Counted from the first letter of the stretch, positions 11,975 through 25,626 are shown. The stretch: DNA of 64,000 bases from Eledone cirrhosa (GCA_964016885.1 OZ024742.1:92628001-92692000); one strand, 5' to 3'. Program-made: numbers and translations. The notes: generated from the letters alone by a model not told the origin.

Positions 11975-12672
11975 GTAGAGTAATTCGTGGTAGCAGGGAT
12001 GGTCAGTAAGAATGTGTCTGAAAGCAATGGGGGGTATTTTAGCATGTCAAAAGATATTTTTCAGCTTTTGTCTTATACGGAGAAGTGTGTGTGTGTGTGT
12101 GTATAAGTCTCTTTGTATGTTAATGTACGCGTGTGTATGTGTGTGTGTATATATGTGTGTGTGGGTGGACCAGTATTTTTTTCCCCCTGGTAAAATGGTA
12201 TACATTATTCGATTTTTTCAGTAAAATCGGTTCTCTTAATAGAACATCAAAAATCTTAACAATAAAAGGTAGGTGTGAAATGATATTCACTACATATATA
12301 TACACATACATATATTCACTATATATATATATATATGTCTTGGCGCAAAATCAATTTTTTACATTCACATGACCTCTACCGACCAATCAAAATTGTTTTG
12401 ACCACAAGAATTTTTGCAACACCAAAGTAACGCTGAAGCCACTTTTTTAACATAAAAACAGGTAGAATTCCCAAAACTAATCAGACCAGAGCAAACAACA
12501 CGGACACTATCTCAAAATTATTTTTGAAAAGCATTTAGAAATGCGCAACCGGTAAAAACTTAAAACCGCAACTGAATACTAACCCATACAATCACTAATA
12601 CTCTTTTATTCCTAATTAAACTATTTTTCAACTGTGAACAATTTGTCAGCATTTTCTATTCCGTTTACCAAT
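11303..12672. repeat. Long inverted repeat with arms 11303-11640 and 12337-12672, plus tandem duplication 11641-11760
   Basis: Arms are reverse complements over about 337 bp with roughly ten differences; 11641-11760 repeats about 11517-11639. Confidence 0.95.
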
Positions 12673-13421
12673 AGAGAGAGAGAGAGAGAGAGGCACATGG
12701 CTTAGTGGTTAGAGCATTGGCCTTGCAATCGAAAGGTTGTGAGTTCAATTCTCAGACCGGGTGATGTGTTGTTTCCTTGAGCAAGACACTTTATTTCACA
12801 TTGCTCCAGTTTACTCAGCTGTAGAGACTGGGGTCTCTATCATTCCACTGTAAAGTGGTCGTGGAGGTGCCACGGCAAAAAAGCACCCAGCACTCACTGT
12901 AAATGAGGTTGGTGTTAGGAAGGGCATCCAGCTGTAGAAATCAAGCCAGAATCAGTTCCCGTCCCACCCTTGCAAGCAGGGAAAAGTGGACGTATGATGA
13001 TGATGATGATGATGATGATGATATATATATATATATATGGATCTGTAACTTCTTGTGAAGTTGTTGGGTGATGTGGTGACACACAGTGTTTATTGAGCAT
13101 TTTAAGCATGGCAAAGTTTATCCGTTCTCAGGTCTGAACATAGCTCTGATTTCTTCCAGAGAAGGAAAGAGTGTCATAGAGAAGTGAGAAAGAGATACAG
13201 AGGAAGAATCAAACCCAGTGATGGACTGGTACTGTTTTTATTGACCTCAAAAGGATAAAAGGTAAAGTTGAGCTTGGTAGGATTTAAACTCAAGTGCAGA
13301 AAACCAGAACAGATACTGCAAAACATTTTATCCAATGTTCTAAAGACTCTGTCAATTTGCTGCCTACATCTATATGACACTGACAAAGATGACAACATCA
13401 ATAAATGATTGAAAGGGTTAG

Positions 13422-13742
13422 AAATATTTTAGGAAAGCCAGTATAATGCAAGCTAGAAACAAAGGAGTGAAAACAAGAATAAAGTAAGAGAAAATGAAAC
13501 GATACTTTACACTATATTTCAGGTTTAGAACCACTTTTTCAAAAGAAAATAAATGAACTGTAATGGTACTAGCAGAAAAACTGAGCTTGCCATCACCATC
13601 CCAAGCCATTTCTTTTCTTTTGAAAAAGGCATTCTAAGCTCAAAATATCATGAAACAACATGTTTCATGAGGTCTTACTATACTCTTGTTTTCCCCCATG
13701 TATTTTTAACTTGCATTGCATTGGTTTTCTTAAAACATTAGC
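13422..13742. repeat. Degenerate foldback with arms of about 135 bp
   Basis: Arms are complementary; the opposite-strand ORFs 13418-13609 and 13553-13741 translate to similar peptides. Confidence 0.8.
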
Positions 13743-14035
13743 CACATATTTCACAGTGTTTTCTACTATAGTCTAAAGTACCTTTGAGAGAAATTTGGAA
13801 AACAGAACAGAAGCCTGCCATACATAAATATGTACATATTTGTGTATCTATACATACGTTTACTTAGTGGTGTGACCATAAGGAAACAATCCATTAGATA
13901 AGTACAAAACTTGAAAAGTGAACTGGGATTGATATAATTGAGTAAATCTTTTTAAAGCAGTGCTCCACCATGGCCACAGTCTTATGCATGAAACCAGGAA
14001 AAGAATAACAGGATATATTAAAGTATACTGCTCAC

Positions 14036-14191
14036 CTGCATTGATATCAGGGTGTGGTAATGTACAGCTGTAGTGAATGTATGAAGCCAACACAGAGTTG
14101 ACACCATGGTGGTCATTTTGGTCTTCTAGAACATGGTGTATACGTCCAACGATCACGGATATAGTCTCGAAACAGTTCTGACACACACTAA
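14036..14191 (-). CDS. DOCK7: DOCK7-like exon ISVCQNCFE...DHHGVNSVLASYIHY...DINA
   Basis: tttcag/gtgagc, 156 nt, phase 1 to 1. Confidence 0.94.
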
Positions 14192-14754
14192 CTGAAAAGA
14201 TAAATATAATGACATCAAAACATATTCCTCTCATAAAACAGAAGTTTCTAAAGGAAAGCAATTATAACCCTTTTGAAACCATACTATCTGAAGCCATCTC
14301 TGTTTCTATTATATAAAACAGTTTCTATAAAACTCATATATTTATCTAAAAACTTTCCATTATAATTTTATGTAAGAATATTTGTTAAGTTATGTTCTAA
14401 ACATCAACTTAAAAATGATAAAGTTAGTTATATTACTAAATACTTCCAAATTATTGATTATTTATAAAATGATTTGAAAATCAATAGCAGTCTTTTATTA
14501 GAAATATGATAATGATAGGGTTAATAACCAAGCAAATTGATTTCACATAAAAATATGTTTGTAGTCACATAAGCATGAAACAGTATGCATATGTGTAGAT
14601 GTGAGTGTGTGTGTACATGTATATAGATGGGTATCAACATGAGCATACATGTTTTTCAGTATATGTGTAGAATATATGTGAACAAGCATGTATGTGTGCA
14701 TCTCTGTAGGTGTGTGTGTTTGTGTGCATGTGCATAGATGTGTGTAAGCAAGTA

Positions 14755-14952
14755 TGAGGGTTAACTGAAAAGTTCATAGGCTGGCCAAGATACTTTCACA
14801 GAATAACCAAATGAGGTTTATTTTTCAATATAGTTCCTGGAGAGAAACAATGCACTTATTAATAAGAAGAGTTGAAATTAATGCCTTCAAGATTTCACAG
14901 CTCTAGCATCATTCCTTCATAGTCAGCTTATGAACCTTTCAGCTAACCTTTG
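14755..14952. mobile_element. Mariner-like MITE M1 copy
   Basis: Same TIRs, TA flanks. Confidence 0.8.
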
Positions 14953-15062
14953 TATATAAATGTGTATCAATATGAGTATACAAAGAATTAGAAAATTGAG
15001 AAATTTTTATCTGAAGATACAGTCAAGAAGTAAAGAAGAAACTGCAATATCCCAGTACTCAC

Positions 15063-15279
15063 TTGTTTGGTCTGAGATAACGGGTGGTCGAACCATCAGT
15101 AAAATAAGTTTATCCAAAATTAAAGTCAAGAATTTCATCAGACTTTCACTATTAGCTTTGGCTAGATCCATTACAGAACGCTGCAATTCATTTTCAAAAC
15201 CGGTTTCATTGGTACGAGGCATCAGTTTTTGTTCCTGAGCCACATGACATAAATGTAGGAAATGGTCCAAATTTTCATC
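15063..15279 (-). CDS. DOCK7: DOCK7-like exon DENLDHF...LDKLILLMVRPPVISDQT
   Basis: tttcag/gtgagt, 217 nt, phase 0 to 1. Confidence 0.95.
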
Positions 15280-15787
15280 CTGAAAGAATTTCATAGAAAA
15301 TAATGTTGGATGAATATGTGAGAGAAATGGTTGATAAAAAGGTAATTGGTAGATGCTGGCATGTTATATCCAAGACTACTTTATTGAAGTGACTATATAT
15401 TTTTTTGAAATAGTAGGGTATAATTTGAAGTCTATTTAGCTGTTGTTTCCAGCAGGTCCAGCAATGTAAAGAAGCTACTTTGTTAGCATGTGAGTTAAGT
15501 TAGAGATAAAGGTTGAGATTTTCAGACTGCTTAACTTATAACATCCTGTAATGATTTAGCAAAAAATATCTAAAAATGAGTTTGTGGGTTTATTAATTCA
15601 AATACTTGTGAAACTGTTATGAAACTTTGCAATATTAGAGTGAAGAGTTGAATTTTTAATGTCGTGCAGTCATGATAGAAGGTATGAAGACACCTAGGAA
15701 ATACATTGAATGGAAAAGGAGGGTTGGATTTGGCAATAGTAGCTAGAGTAATTTAAATATATAGAGTATTTGGGATGTGGCACTTAC

Positions 15788-15868
15788 CTGAGTGTGGATT
15801 GATGACACACAGTGGATATTGACTGAGAATAGTGGTTTACGATTATCCATCCACTTTATATTCTGTGA
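15788..15868 (-). CDS. DOCK7: DOCK7-like exon SQNIKWMDNRKPLFSVNIHCVSSIHTQ (end of DHR-1)
   Basis: tttcag/gtaagt, 81 nt, phase 0 to 0. Confidence 0.94.
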
Positions 15869-16074
15869 CTGAAATAAATATATAAATTGTATAGACAAAC
15901 ACACATGTGTGAGTATGTATGTATCAATATATGTGTGTATGTGTTTATATATATATATATATATGCATGCGTGTGTGTGTTTATATAAATATATACACAC
16001 ATATATATTCAGACCTAGAAATCTACCTGGTACCTTGGGATTGCGACCTTTCATTAATCTTGACCAGCTATGGA

Positions 16075-16565
16075 TGACTGTTTTAGCCTGGAGAACTATA
16101 ATGAATAGTAGTGGGTTAAGAACAGAACCTTGATGAACTCCTACATGTACTTTGAATTCCTCACTAAACTCATTTTGTACACTCATTTTGCTGACAGCTC
16201 CTCTGTACATGGTTTGCACTGATCTCACAATCCATTCTTCTACACCTAATTTCCTTAAGGACCACCAGATAAAAGGTTGGGGCACTCTGTCAAATGCTTT
16301 TTCTAGATCAATGAAATCTAGGTATAGTGGTTTATTTTGGGCTAGGAACTTCTCTTGTAGTTGCCTCACTAAAAAGAGGGCATCTGTAGTACTTTTCTCA
16401 GGCATGAAACCAAACTGCATTTCATCTAATTTGACACTCTCTCTAATTTATTGCATTATAACTCATTCCATCACTTTCATAATTTGGTCCTTTAGTTTTA
16501 TTCCTCTATAGTTGCTCCTTTCTAAGGTATCACCTTTTTCTTGTAGCAATTTATGATTGTACTGC
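16075..16565 (-). mobile_element. RTE LINE RT fragment
   Basis: MQFGFMPEKSTTDALFLVRQLQEK...FIDLEKAFDRVP...GVHQGSVLNPLLF, homologous to 3549-3880. Confidence 0.9.
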
Positions 16566-16954
16566 CATAAATGTATAGTTATGCATTTGACCACATAAGC
16601 ATTTTTTTCTTTCCTGGGCATTTGTTGTTGTTACTTTCTCTCCAAACTCTACGCAATGTCTATACCTTCTGTCCACAGTCCTTTCAAATTCCATTTATCA
16701 ATTGCCACTGTAAGACAACGAACCCATTTCATGAGTGTTAATTAGGCTAATTCAGATATATTGACTTGAGTTGCTTTTGTGCAACTATGACTTCCATAAA
16801 TTCCAAATGCATGCACATACACACACACACATGTATATATATATATATATATATATGAATTAAGACGTGTTACAACAACAGTATACATCATTAATACAAA
16901 ACAAAATTTAACAACATAAAGGTTTTATATAACAAATACACATATATGTATATA

Positions 16955-17147
16955 CGAGGGTGAGCTGAAAAGTTCATAGGCTGACTATAATGGGGTAATG
17001 CTAAAGCTATAAAAGCTTGCATGCAATAATTTCAACGATTCTTATTAACAACTGTATTATTTCCAGGGAGTATGTTGAAAAATAAACCTCATTTGCTCAT
17101 TCCATGAGAATGCCTTGGTCAGCCTATGAACTTTTCAGCAACCTTCG
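16955..17147. mobile_element. Mariner-like MITE of about 195 bp (family M1)
   Basis: TA|cgagggtgagctgaaaagttcataggctgac...gtcagcctatgaacttttcagcaaccttcg|TA. Copies at 14755-14952, 29727-29922, 44697-44915 and 47188-47564. Confidence 0.88.
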
Positions 17148-17884
17148 TAAAACAACATGCACAATGATGATGATATGGGTGTGTGTGCATGCATGTGTTT
17201 TCTTCAGCATCACATGTTATCAATCATCACAGTCTGTTGTTATCTTTTGTCATGAGCTTCAGCTTCATGAGGTCAGCCCTCACCACTTCATCCCATGCCT
17301 TCCTCAAGTTCGCATGCAAATACACATTCAACATATCAACATATACTTTATATCCAGGTACAATTACTAACACATACATATGGATTTAACACCTAGATAA
17401 ATGCATACATTTGCATGCAATGTGTGTGTGTTTGACCTCCATCAGTTACAAGAAGTGTTCCAGTTGTTTGAGCTATGGAACAGTCTGCCTGTGAAATTAA
17501 CATACAAGTGGCTGAACATTTGACAAACACTTGCAGCCTCAACATAGTTCTCAGGGAGATTCAGCATGAAACAATACCTTGGTATATAATGGCTGGCTCT
17601 TTGAATTCAAGTATAGCTTACTTATGCCATCTAAGTGAACTGGAGTAAATGAAATAAAGTTCCTTGCTCAAGGCTACAATGTGCTGCCAGGAACTCATGA
17701 CCATACGATTGTGAGTAAAAAGTCCTAAGCACATGCCTTAAAACTGTATGCAATATACATTCACATACTGTATGCAATGCACACACACACCCTGTATTAA
17801 ATATAAACACCTAATAAGCACACACTCAACAAAAAATAAGATATGAAAAAGACAGTGCAAATCAGTCTAGAGTTTGGTACTTAC

Positions 17885-17983
17885 ATCGGAATGTAAGCTA
17901 TATCGAGGAGGAAGTTTTTCCATTGATACTGGCAGCTGAAAATCTCCAACAGATACTCGACCATCGTTAAGTAAGGGCAGCCA
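17885..17983 (-). CDS. DOCK7: DOCK7-like exon WLPLLNDGRVSVGDFQLPVSMEKLPPRYSLHSD (DHR-1)
   Basis: ttctag/gtaagt, 99 nt, phase 0 to 0. Confidence 0.95.
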
Positions 17984-19269
17984 CTAGAAAAAGAATGCAA
18001 TAATTTTATTATTATTATAAGGAAATACACAGTATAATGTCATCATCATTTAACGTCCATTTTCCCTACTAGCAAGTATTGGATGCGTCTTCACAGACCA
18101 AGTCAATCCTTTTTTTAGATGGGACAGGAGACAAGCATCTCATTTACATGAGTGCATTTTATCGTGACACTAGCACTGTAGAGGTTATGTCTTTCAATTA
18201 GCCGAAGGCACCTCCTAATCCATTGTGGGTGCATTTTATTCTGACACCAGCACTACCACTTTTGAAACTGCTTTTTATTGTGACACCAACACTAGAGAGA
18301 GAATCTAGTCCTCAACAATTAAAGATTCATCATTATTTAACATCCTTTTTTCCATGCTAGCATGGGTTAGATGAATTGTCCCATTGTGAGACAAGTCAGA
18401 TCAGATGACCATGTCTTGCTCATACAAAACTGTTTCTGGCTTAGTTTCTATGGCTGGATGTCCTTGCTAAAGCCAACCACATTTGCAGTATGGACTGTGT
18501 GGTTTTTATAGTGGCACCAACAGAACCACTTAACTATGTGAACTGGGAGCTTTTTGTTGTGACACCAACATGACCAATTTACAGAGTGGATTGGGTGCTT
18601 TTTGTTGTGCTACCAACATAACCATTTTACAGTGTGGACTGGGCACTTTTTATCCAATAATAATAATATTAATGATAAATAATGTACTGATGGTTGTTAA
18701 TGACAAGGACGTGGGAAACATGCAAACAAGATAATTCTTAACTAGTCATATATTGAAAATAGTCATATTGAGAAGACATCAGTCATGAAAATGGACAGAG
18801 CAAAATAAGTACAAATATTACATGATGTTTAGGCTGTTTCATGCACATTCTTTTTTTTTTTGTATTACTGCAAAACAAACAACTGTATTCATCATGTAAT
18901 ATTTGGGCTTTCAATTAAACTGCAGTCATTTTTTCTGTCACTTCCTATATATATTTTTTTTTACCTTAGTATATATATATATATTGTACCCCCAACAGAA
19001 CCTAACTAATAATTGTTCGTGGTAACCACAGCATATTTGCAGAATCGTAAATATCTTCCGCAATTTTTTTATGGCTTTTTTTTGTGGCAATATATGTTTT
19101 TTCACACTTTTTAACACTAAATTATTAATAACAATATCCCGTATTTGCCGGCCTATATTTTACGTCATGATTTAACGTTCATAAGCATTTTTATGGACCA
19201 TGTCCAATATTCGCCTTTTTTCACTCTTCGCAGTCAATTACAAAATAACAGTAAAGACATATTCCTTAC

Positions 19270-19414
19270 AGTGTATCCTATAGGAACTTCCACCGGGGTA
19301 GGCTCATTCTTTTTGTTCTGACAACTAACATGGTAGAATGAGAAGAGAAGATGATGAGCCTTTGACAACTTAGCTGGCAGCTTGATTTTGATTTCTTCAT
19401 AAAATTGTGGAGAT
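19270..19414 (-). CDS. DOCK7: DOCK7-like exon [14 protein letters not shown]...[13 protein letters not shown]...PIGYT (DHR-1)
   Basis: ttgcag/gtaagg, 145 nt, phase 2 to 0. Confidence 0.96.
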
Positions 19415-20060
19415 CTGCAATGGTAATATATAAAATCAAAATCAGTCTTTATATTCAGTGTTATAAAAGATGTAAAGAAACAAAATGGTTTCAGTTAAGA
19501 TGTAGATCAATACAACTAATTAAGAGAACACAAAGCAGTTGACTTAAAAAGCTTTGGGAAAATTTGAAATTTAAAATATGGGCATCCCAATGCAAAAGAC
19601 CATAATGATTTCTGATTTAGGCACAAGGCTAACAATTTCACTTTGATTATAATAATACTGGTTTCAATCACTATATAATAATAACTTTGATAGGTTTTGG
19701 CCAGTATTGACACAAGCCATGCCAACAATTCTTTCTTTCCAGTTATTGACCATAATAGACAGTCATCAAATCCCGCCGAGGTTAACTTTGCCTTTCATCC
19801 TTACGGGTTGATAAAATAAAGTACCAGTAATGTACTGAGTAGTTGCTGGCCTTGTGCCAAATGTAAAAACAATTAGAAATGATAGTTAATAAAATTAGGT
19901 AAAGTTCCCCTGTAGATAGAGGCAAGGAATTGAACTCCCACATCTTTTGGCTATCTCTGATGTTCTATATTCATCACCCATGCCTCATTCCATAAATCAA
20001 GAGAATATGAAGTTAAATAATGTATGTTTAAAAACACAGTCACTAATTCAGTGTACTTAC

Positions 20061-20131
20061 TTGTTATGGTATGTCACAGCTGAATATGCTTCTTTCGATA
20101 ATTCTGGACAACTTGATTTACCAAATATTAC
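20061..20131 (-). CDS. DOCK7: DOCK7-like exon VIFGKSSCPELSKEAYSAVTYHNK (DHR-1)
   Basis: ccctag/gtaagt, 71 nt, phase 0 to 2. Confidence 0.96.
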
Positions 20132-20324
20132 CTAGGGAAGAAAATAATAGGACAAATATATTCTAAAATGTTTATGAGAAAATAAAATGGAATACTAATT
20201 TTGACTTAGAACATAGAAACATATAGAAAAGAGATAAACTAGTTTAAAGTTTATTTCACACTAGTGGACCAATGTTGTTAATAATGACAGCAATAATATT
20301 GAAAGTATTTCATTTCTAGAGTCC

Positions 20325-20540
20325 AAGATAGGACAATGACCATTGGGTGAAGAAGTGCCAGGAAATGCCAGTGGAAGGAAGCCATGATAGAGATAGACCA
20401 AGAAAAACCTGGGATGAGGTTGTGAGAGTGATCTCAAATCACTGAAAATCATAGAGGAGATCTCAAATTCCATGTAGAGAAGGACCAGTCCAACCCATGC
20501 AAGCATGGAAAAGCGAACCTAAAAACAATGATGATGATGT
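20325..20540 (+). mobile_element. RTE 3' end fragment (short-UTR type)
   Basis: agaccaagaaaaacctgggatgag (RPRKTWDE), then aacccatgcaagcatggaaaa...(atg)n. Confidence 0.75.
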
Positions 20541-20860
20541 GCGTGTGTGTACAGATGGAGATATATCTTCATCATTACTTAACATCTATTTTTCTATGCT
20601 TGCATGGGTTTGACTGATTGTCATGTTATGAGTCCAGTCAGGTTCGGAACTTATAAATATATAAATACACATGGCATATTATCATGGTTGATACCGCTAA
20701 ATGGCCTCACATTTATGTAAGAAAACAAATGAAATTGTATGGTCCTGCTGTCAATCCTAAGAGCATTAGCAAAATGTGTGAGTGCATGTATTTGTGTGTA
20801 TAAATATATCAAGATATAACATTAACATTATCTTTGAAGTAGGCTTAACATTTTACTCAC

Positions 20861-20978
20861 ATTCAAAGCTTGGCTTTCTTCTTCTCCAATCATATATTGT
20901 ACTTTAATAGCAATATTTCTAGCTGAACCTTGGCGGTTGACACCATTGAAGTGTTTAGGGTACACGTAAAGTAAATTC
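20861..20978 (-). CDS. DOCK7: DOCK7-like exon [29 protein letters not shown]... (start of C2/DHR-1)
   Basis: ttttag/gtgagt, 118 nt, phase 2 to 0. Confidence 0.95.
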
Positions 20979-21830
20979 CTAAAAAGAAAAAAAAGAAGAT
21001 TTCAGTCCATGAATATCAACAGAATAATGATTCCTAATTTTGGCACAAGACCAGTAATTTGGAGGGGAAGAAGTCGATTATATTAACCCCAGTACTTGAC
21101 TGGTACTTTATTCTATTGACCTTGGAAATATGAAAGGTAAAGTTAACTTCAGTGGGATTTGAAACCAGAATGTAGAGAGCCATAATGAAATACTGTGGAG
21201 GTGCATGGCCTAGGGGTAAGGGTGTTGTGGGTTGAGTTCTTGAGCAAAACACTTCATTTCATGTTGCTCCAGTATACTCAGCTGAAAATGAGTACAAGCA
21301 ATAGCTGGGGGTTTAACTCTGCAATGAACTGGCATCTTATCCAGGGAAGAATCTTGTACTCTCAGTCACTTAATGCCATGGAAACCGGGATAAGCACGAT
21401 GAGCCTCGGGGCTCATGACAGACTTTATAATGAAATAGTGCAATGCATGTCATTCAATTCACTAACAATTCTACCAACCCACAGTTCTGAATATCAACAG
21501 AATAATTAAGTTTTAATGACTAGAAACAAGAATGCACATACACTCAAGCATAGATACATAGAAAAAATATTGGAACTCATTCACACACACTAACCTTCTA
21601 CATCAATTGGAGCATGCTTGGTTTGTTTCTCTCTAGCTTTTGCATTCCCTCTGCCTTCACTATCCCATGTGTTATTATTATGCAACATTGCACTTTGCAT
21701 GCAGTCATCATATAATCTATCCTTTGCTTAGAGAGAAAAAACTTTGATTTTCAATGGAGGTAGAAGCTCCTTGAATTTTTACTACTCTGTTCTTATTCTA
21801 ACAACTAGAGTAACATCATATATAACTTAC

Positions 21831-22002
21831 CTGTAGCTTGTAAATGGCACATAAACCTCCTTAGAAGGAAATTCTTGGACTTCTTTAGTTTCCCAGATAT
21901 CTTTCAATTTGTCTTCAGGAAAAGGGTAGATTTTATACAGTTCAGGGGTTCGGCAATAGGAAACTTCTTCGGGACATGGTAAAGCGTCAAATTTTAGTAT
22001 AC
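21831..22002 (-). CDS. DOCK7: DOCK7-like exon GILKFD...TPEL...EFPSKEVYVPFTSYR
   Basis: ttttag/gtaag, 172 nt, phase 1 to 2. Confidence 0.94.
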
Positions 22003-22570
22003 CTAAAATATGAAAAATCAAATTGAAGTAAATGTAAATATATATATTTATATACTGTATTTGACAACTTGTAAGATGTCCTTTTTCTAAAAAAATGTCC
22101 CAGAAAATCACTCTGTATCTTTCAAGGTCATGGGTCTGTTTGAGTTACCAGATAGTGGAGTTCAAGTACTACAGTGGCCCTTAAATTAAACCACAAACAA
22201 TTCTGCAAAACAAGGTGGCGATCACTTCTAAACAAAAGCTACAATTTTAATAAATTTCATAATGAATAAAATAAATTTATTTTCACTTCCTGTTGTTTGA
22301 AAAATATACTAAATATTTCAACAAAAAATACCATGTTGAAAATAAACTAAATTTATTTTCACACTTCCTTATGTTTTAAAAATGTACTAAAATATTACAA
22401 CTAGAATGAATATAAAAAATACGAAGTACGAACTTTATACCTTTCACCTGACATTTGTAGTTTAAACCATTAATTTTTTTTCAAATGCCTGCCCAAATTG
22501 AGGTGCGTCTTAGCCCATGCATCTTATAAACCATCAAATATGGTATATGCATACTGAAAAGATAACTCAC

Positions 22571-22664
22571 CTGAGATGCTCTTGAGTCTTTTCAACACTG
22601 AGGAAGGCCGTTTCATGTCCACCAAAAATTTGTACAAATCGTCATCACTCAATTTATCTCCTTC
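22571..22664 (-). CDS. DOCK7: DOCK7-like exon EGDKLSDDDLYKFLVDMKRPSSVLKRLKSIS
   Basis: tttcag/gtgag, 94 nt, phase 0 to 1. Confidence 0.96.
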
Positions 22665-23391
22665 CTGAAATAGTAAATGGTAGATTATTATGACTGCTGT
22701 ATCACCAAAAGGCATTTTTTGTTTGTCTTTGCAGTAATATTGATTTCTAATTTAGGTACAGATCAGCAATTTTGGGGAAGGATAACACTAGTACTTGGGC
22801 AAAGTTGACCTTGCTGGGATCTCAGAATGTAAAGAGCCGTAATACTGCAAATGAATTGGTCGGACTTGTTAATGATTCTGCCAATCCACAGCACTTGTTT
22901 TTCATATTCCTAACATCTTTTACCAACAATCTGATCTGGCTTGTCTCACAATGGGTCAACTCATCTAACCCATGCTAACGTGGAAAAATGACCATTTCTG
23001 ATACTCTTCTGTTACCCCACTTCAACAGTCTTCTTTTTCTCCCACCTCTACCATACCTGACCACCACTACAACTCACTTTGTCTCTCCCATCATACTCTC
23101 AACTTGGTCCTTCTGTCATTGCTTTATCTTCTATTCACCCTCTGAGTAATGTTTCCTTAATAAAACAAGACAATGTAAGGTTGAGAGGATGTAACAATCT
23201 CTTGTGGTCACTATTGCTGTGGTCAATATGACCAACTAAATGAAGGCAGTACCCCATCATGGCTGCAGTTTAATGACGGAAACCAGTAGAACAGAATACA
23301 CCTTTGATCATTAAGTTTACTGGATCAAAGCTGATCTGAGACTAAACAACAATAAGAAACACAAACACAATAATAATAAAAGTTATATTAC

Positions 23392-23591
23392 TTGTCTAAA
23401 GAAGCTCGACACTGTTAGGGTAACAGGGGAGAATGTGTCTAAACTGGAACCATAATCATCTGGTGACCAGCTGCGCCTCTTTTCATAACCTGTGCGCCCT
23501 CTGTCAAGAGAGCCACGACGTACTTGGGAGTCATCACGTGGACGTCTGCGGAAATTTTCGTATGGTGGAGCATGTGCTGCACTTCTTCTGT
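23392..23591 (-). CDS. DOCK7: DOCK7-like exon DRRSAAH...FSPVTLTVSSFFRQ
   Basis: ctttag/gtaat, 200 nt, phase 1 to 0. Confidence 0.92.
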
Positions 23592-23688
23592 CTAAAGAAT
23601 GAGAGAGATAAAGTGAAAACACAGTGTTAGTATAATAAAGAGAGATTGACACATACAGGCATATATATATATATAGAGAGAGAGAGGG

Positions 23689-23760
<72 letters not shown>

Positions 23761-25626
23761 ACAGAATTAAATAACAGGGAGATAGAAAAACAGAATTAAT
23801 AAAACAGAGAAAGAGAAATAACAGGTGGGACAGGGGCAGAGTTAAGTGTATTTTTCAAATCCTCTTTTAAAACCATGTTCTAAATTATTTTCAAGATAGA
23901 CTGGTATAGATTTAGGGCAGATATAGATGGCTGAGTTAATAGTGTACCAGATGAATTAGTCAAGAAGTTTGTGGTTTGTATCCGGATTAACTAGTCCAAC
24001 TAGTTTTCATAACACAGGGATATTAACATGTAATTCAGAGACTTCCGAAAAACAGTTTAGTTTGTATGTATACACTCTTTCATTCAAATAAAACCTACAG
24101 TACTATTCAAATAAAACCTACAGAATTATGGTAGCAAGTAGGAGGAGAGCCACCAAAAATAAAATGGAAGCAGCAGAGAGGGCATCTAGATGGATATGAC
24201 TAAAGTGAAGTGACTAGTTGGGTAGGTAATAGTGTGTGTGCCCCTTGGACATTGCTTGAGGCTTGATTAACCTTGAGCAGATCACCTGGTTGAGGGTGTA
24301 CATTGTAAGACCTGAAACATCCAGTGACACCAGTATAGAACACTGATGATGTGTCCAAGAATTAGCATCCATAGAGGTGTGTAGAAAATATAAAAGTGCG
24401 TGAATATGTGTTATATATAAAGTAAAATACTAATAATTTCAGACTGTGAAACATAATAGAAAGTAAAGAAACACTAATGAGGCAGGTGAGAAGTATCTCT
24501 TGCCTACCTGATAAGACAACAGGTAGGTATGTGGTCACAACACAAAGCAAGCAGCAGACTAACAAATGACTTAGGCACTATAAAAGTGACTCTACTAACA
24601 TCTAGCAGCATATAGTGAAAACTAATATATAACACTATTGCTGATAACATTGATGATGATGATTACTTGATATAATGATAATGATGACAATGTTAATGAT
24701 GATGATAATGTTGATAATAATAGTAATGAGCAGGAAAAAAAAATCCATCTTTTTCAACAACAGTGGGCGATATCCACAGTAAAATAAAATATTAATTTAA
24801 CATATCAATACTGAAATATAATTTATCAATATGCACTTTATAATATACTATGTACATTAGTGTTGGTGTCATGATAAAAGGTATCCACTACACTTTGTAA
24901 GTGGTAGTACTAGAACCATGATAAAATGCACCAAATAAATTCAAAGAAGTTGGTATTAGGAAGGGCATGTAGAAACCATGCCAAAATTATAATGTATGTA
25001 CAAGATATGCTTCTCTAATCCCTCAAGTCTCAGCATGACAACCCACCCCACCCAACCCAAGCCAGCATGGAAAATAGACATCTGATGATGATGATTTTAA
25101 TCTATTTTATAAGTGCCAGACTTTTCAGACGAGTGTTAGCACCTGTGTTTTAATTGATTACATTGATCCCAATATTTTGATTGATACTTATTTATTCGAT
25201 TAATATTTAATGAACGGTTCAGTCAACTTTCAAGGGACGTAACTCAACTGATTTAAGTACTTTTTGTTCTGTGAACCAGACTATGATGATAGCAACTTTA
25301 ATGCACCAAAACTGTAAGGATTTCCAAAAATTGATTACGAGAATGGATTGTCAGTTTTGTACATTCTTTTTTCCCATTGTCTTTGTCATATGGGCCCCAC
25401 AATTTTGAGTCATCATCATCACCGTTTAACGTCCATTTTTCCATGGGTTAGACGATTCATCATCATCATCACCGTTTAACGTCTATTTTATTAATATATA
25501 TATGCGACTGGTATATCACACCTGCTTCTAGAGGACAACGTCCAGTCCTATTATATTTGCCATCACTGTTAGCATGACAGATATAAGGGTATTTTGTATT
25601 TTAATTTTTCCACCTTAAAGTATATA

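Noticed and set aside
12692-12765. tRNA-like sequence with A and B boxes
   Set aside because: Continues into a SINE body and has diverged copies; no complete cloverleaf
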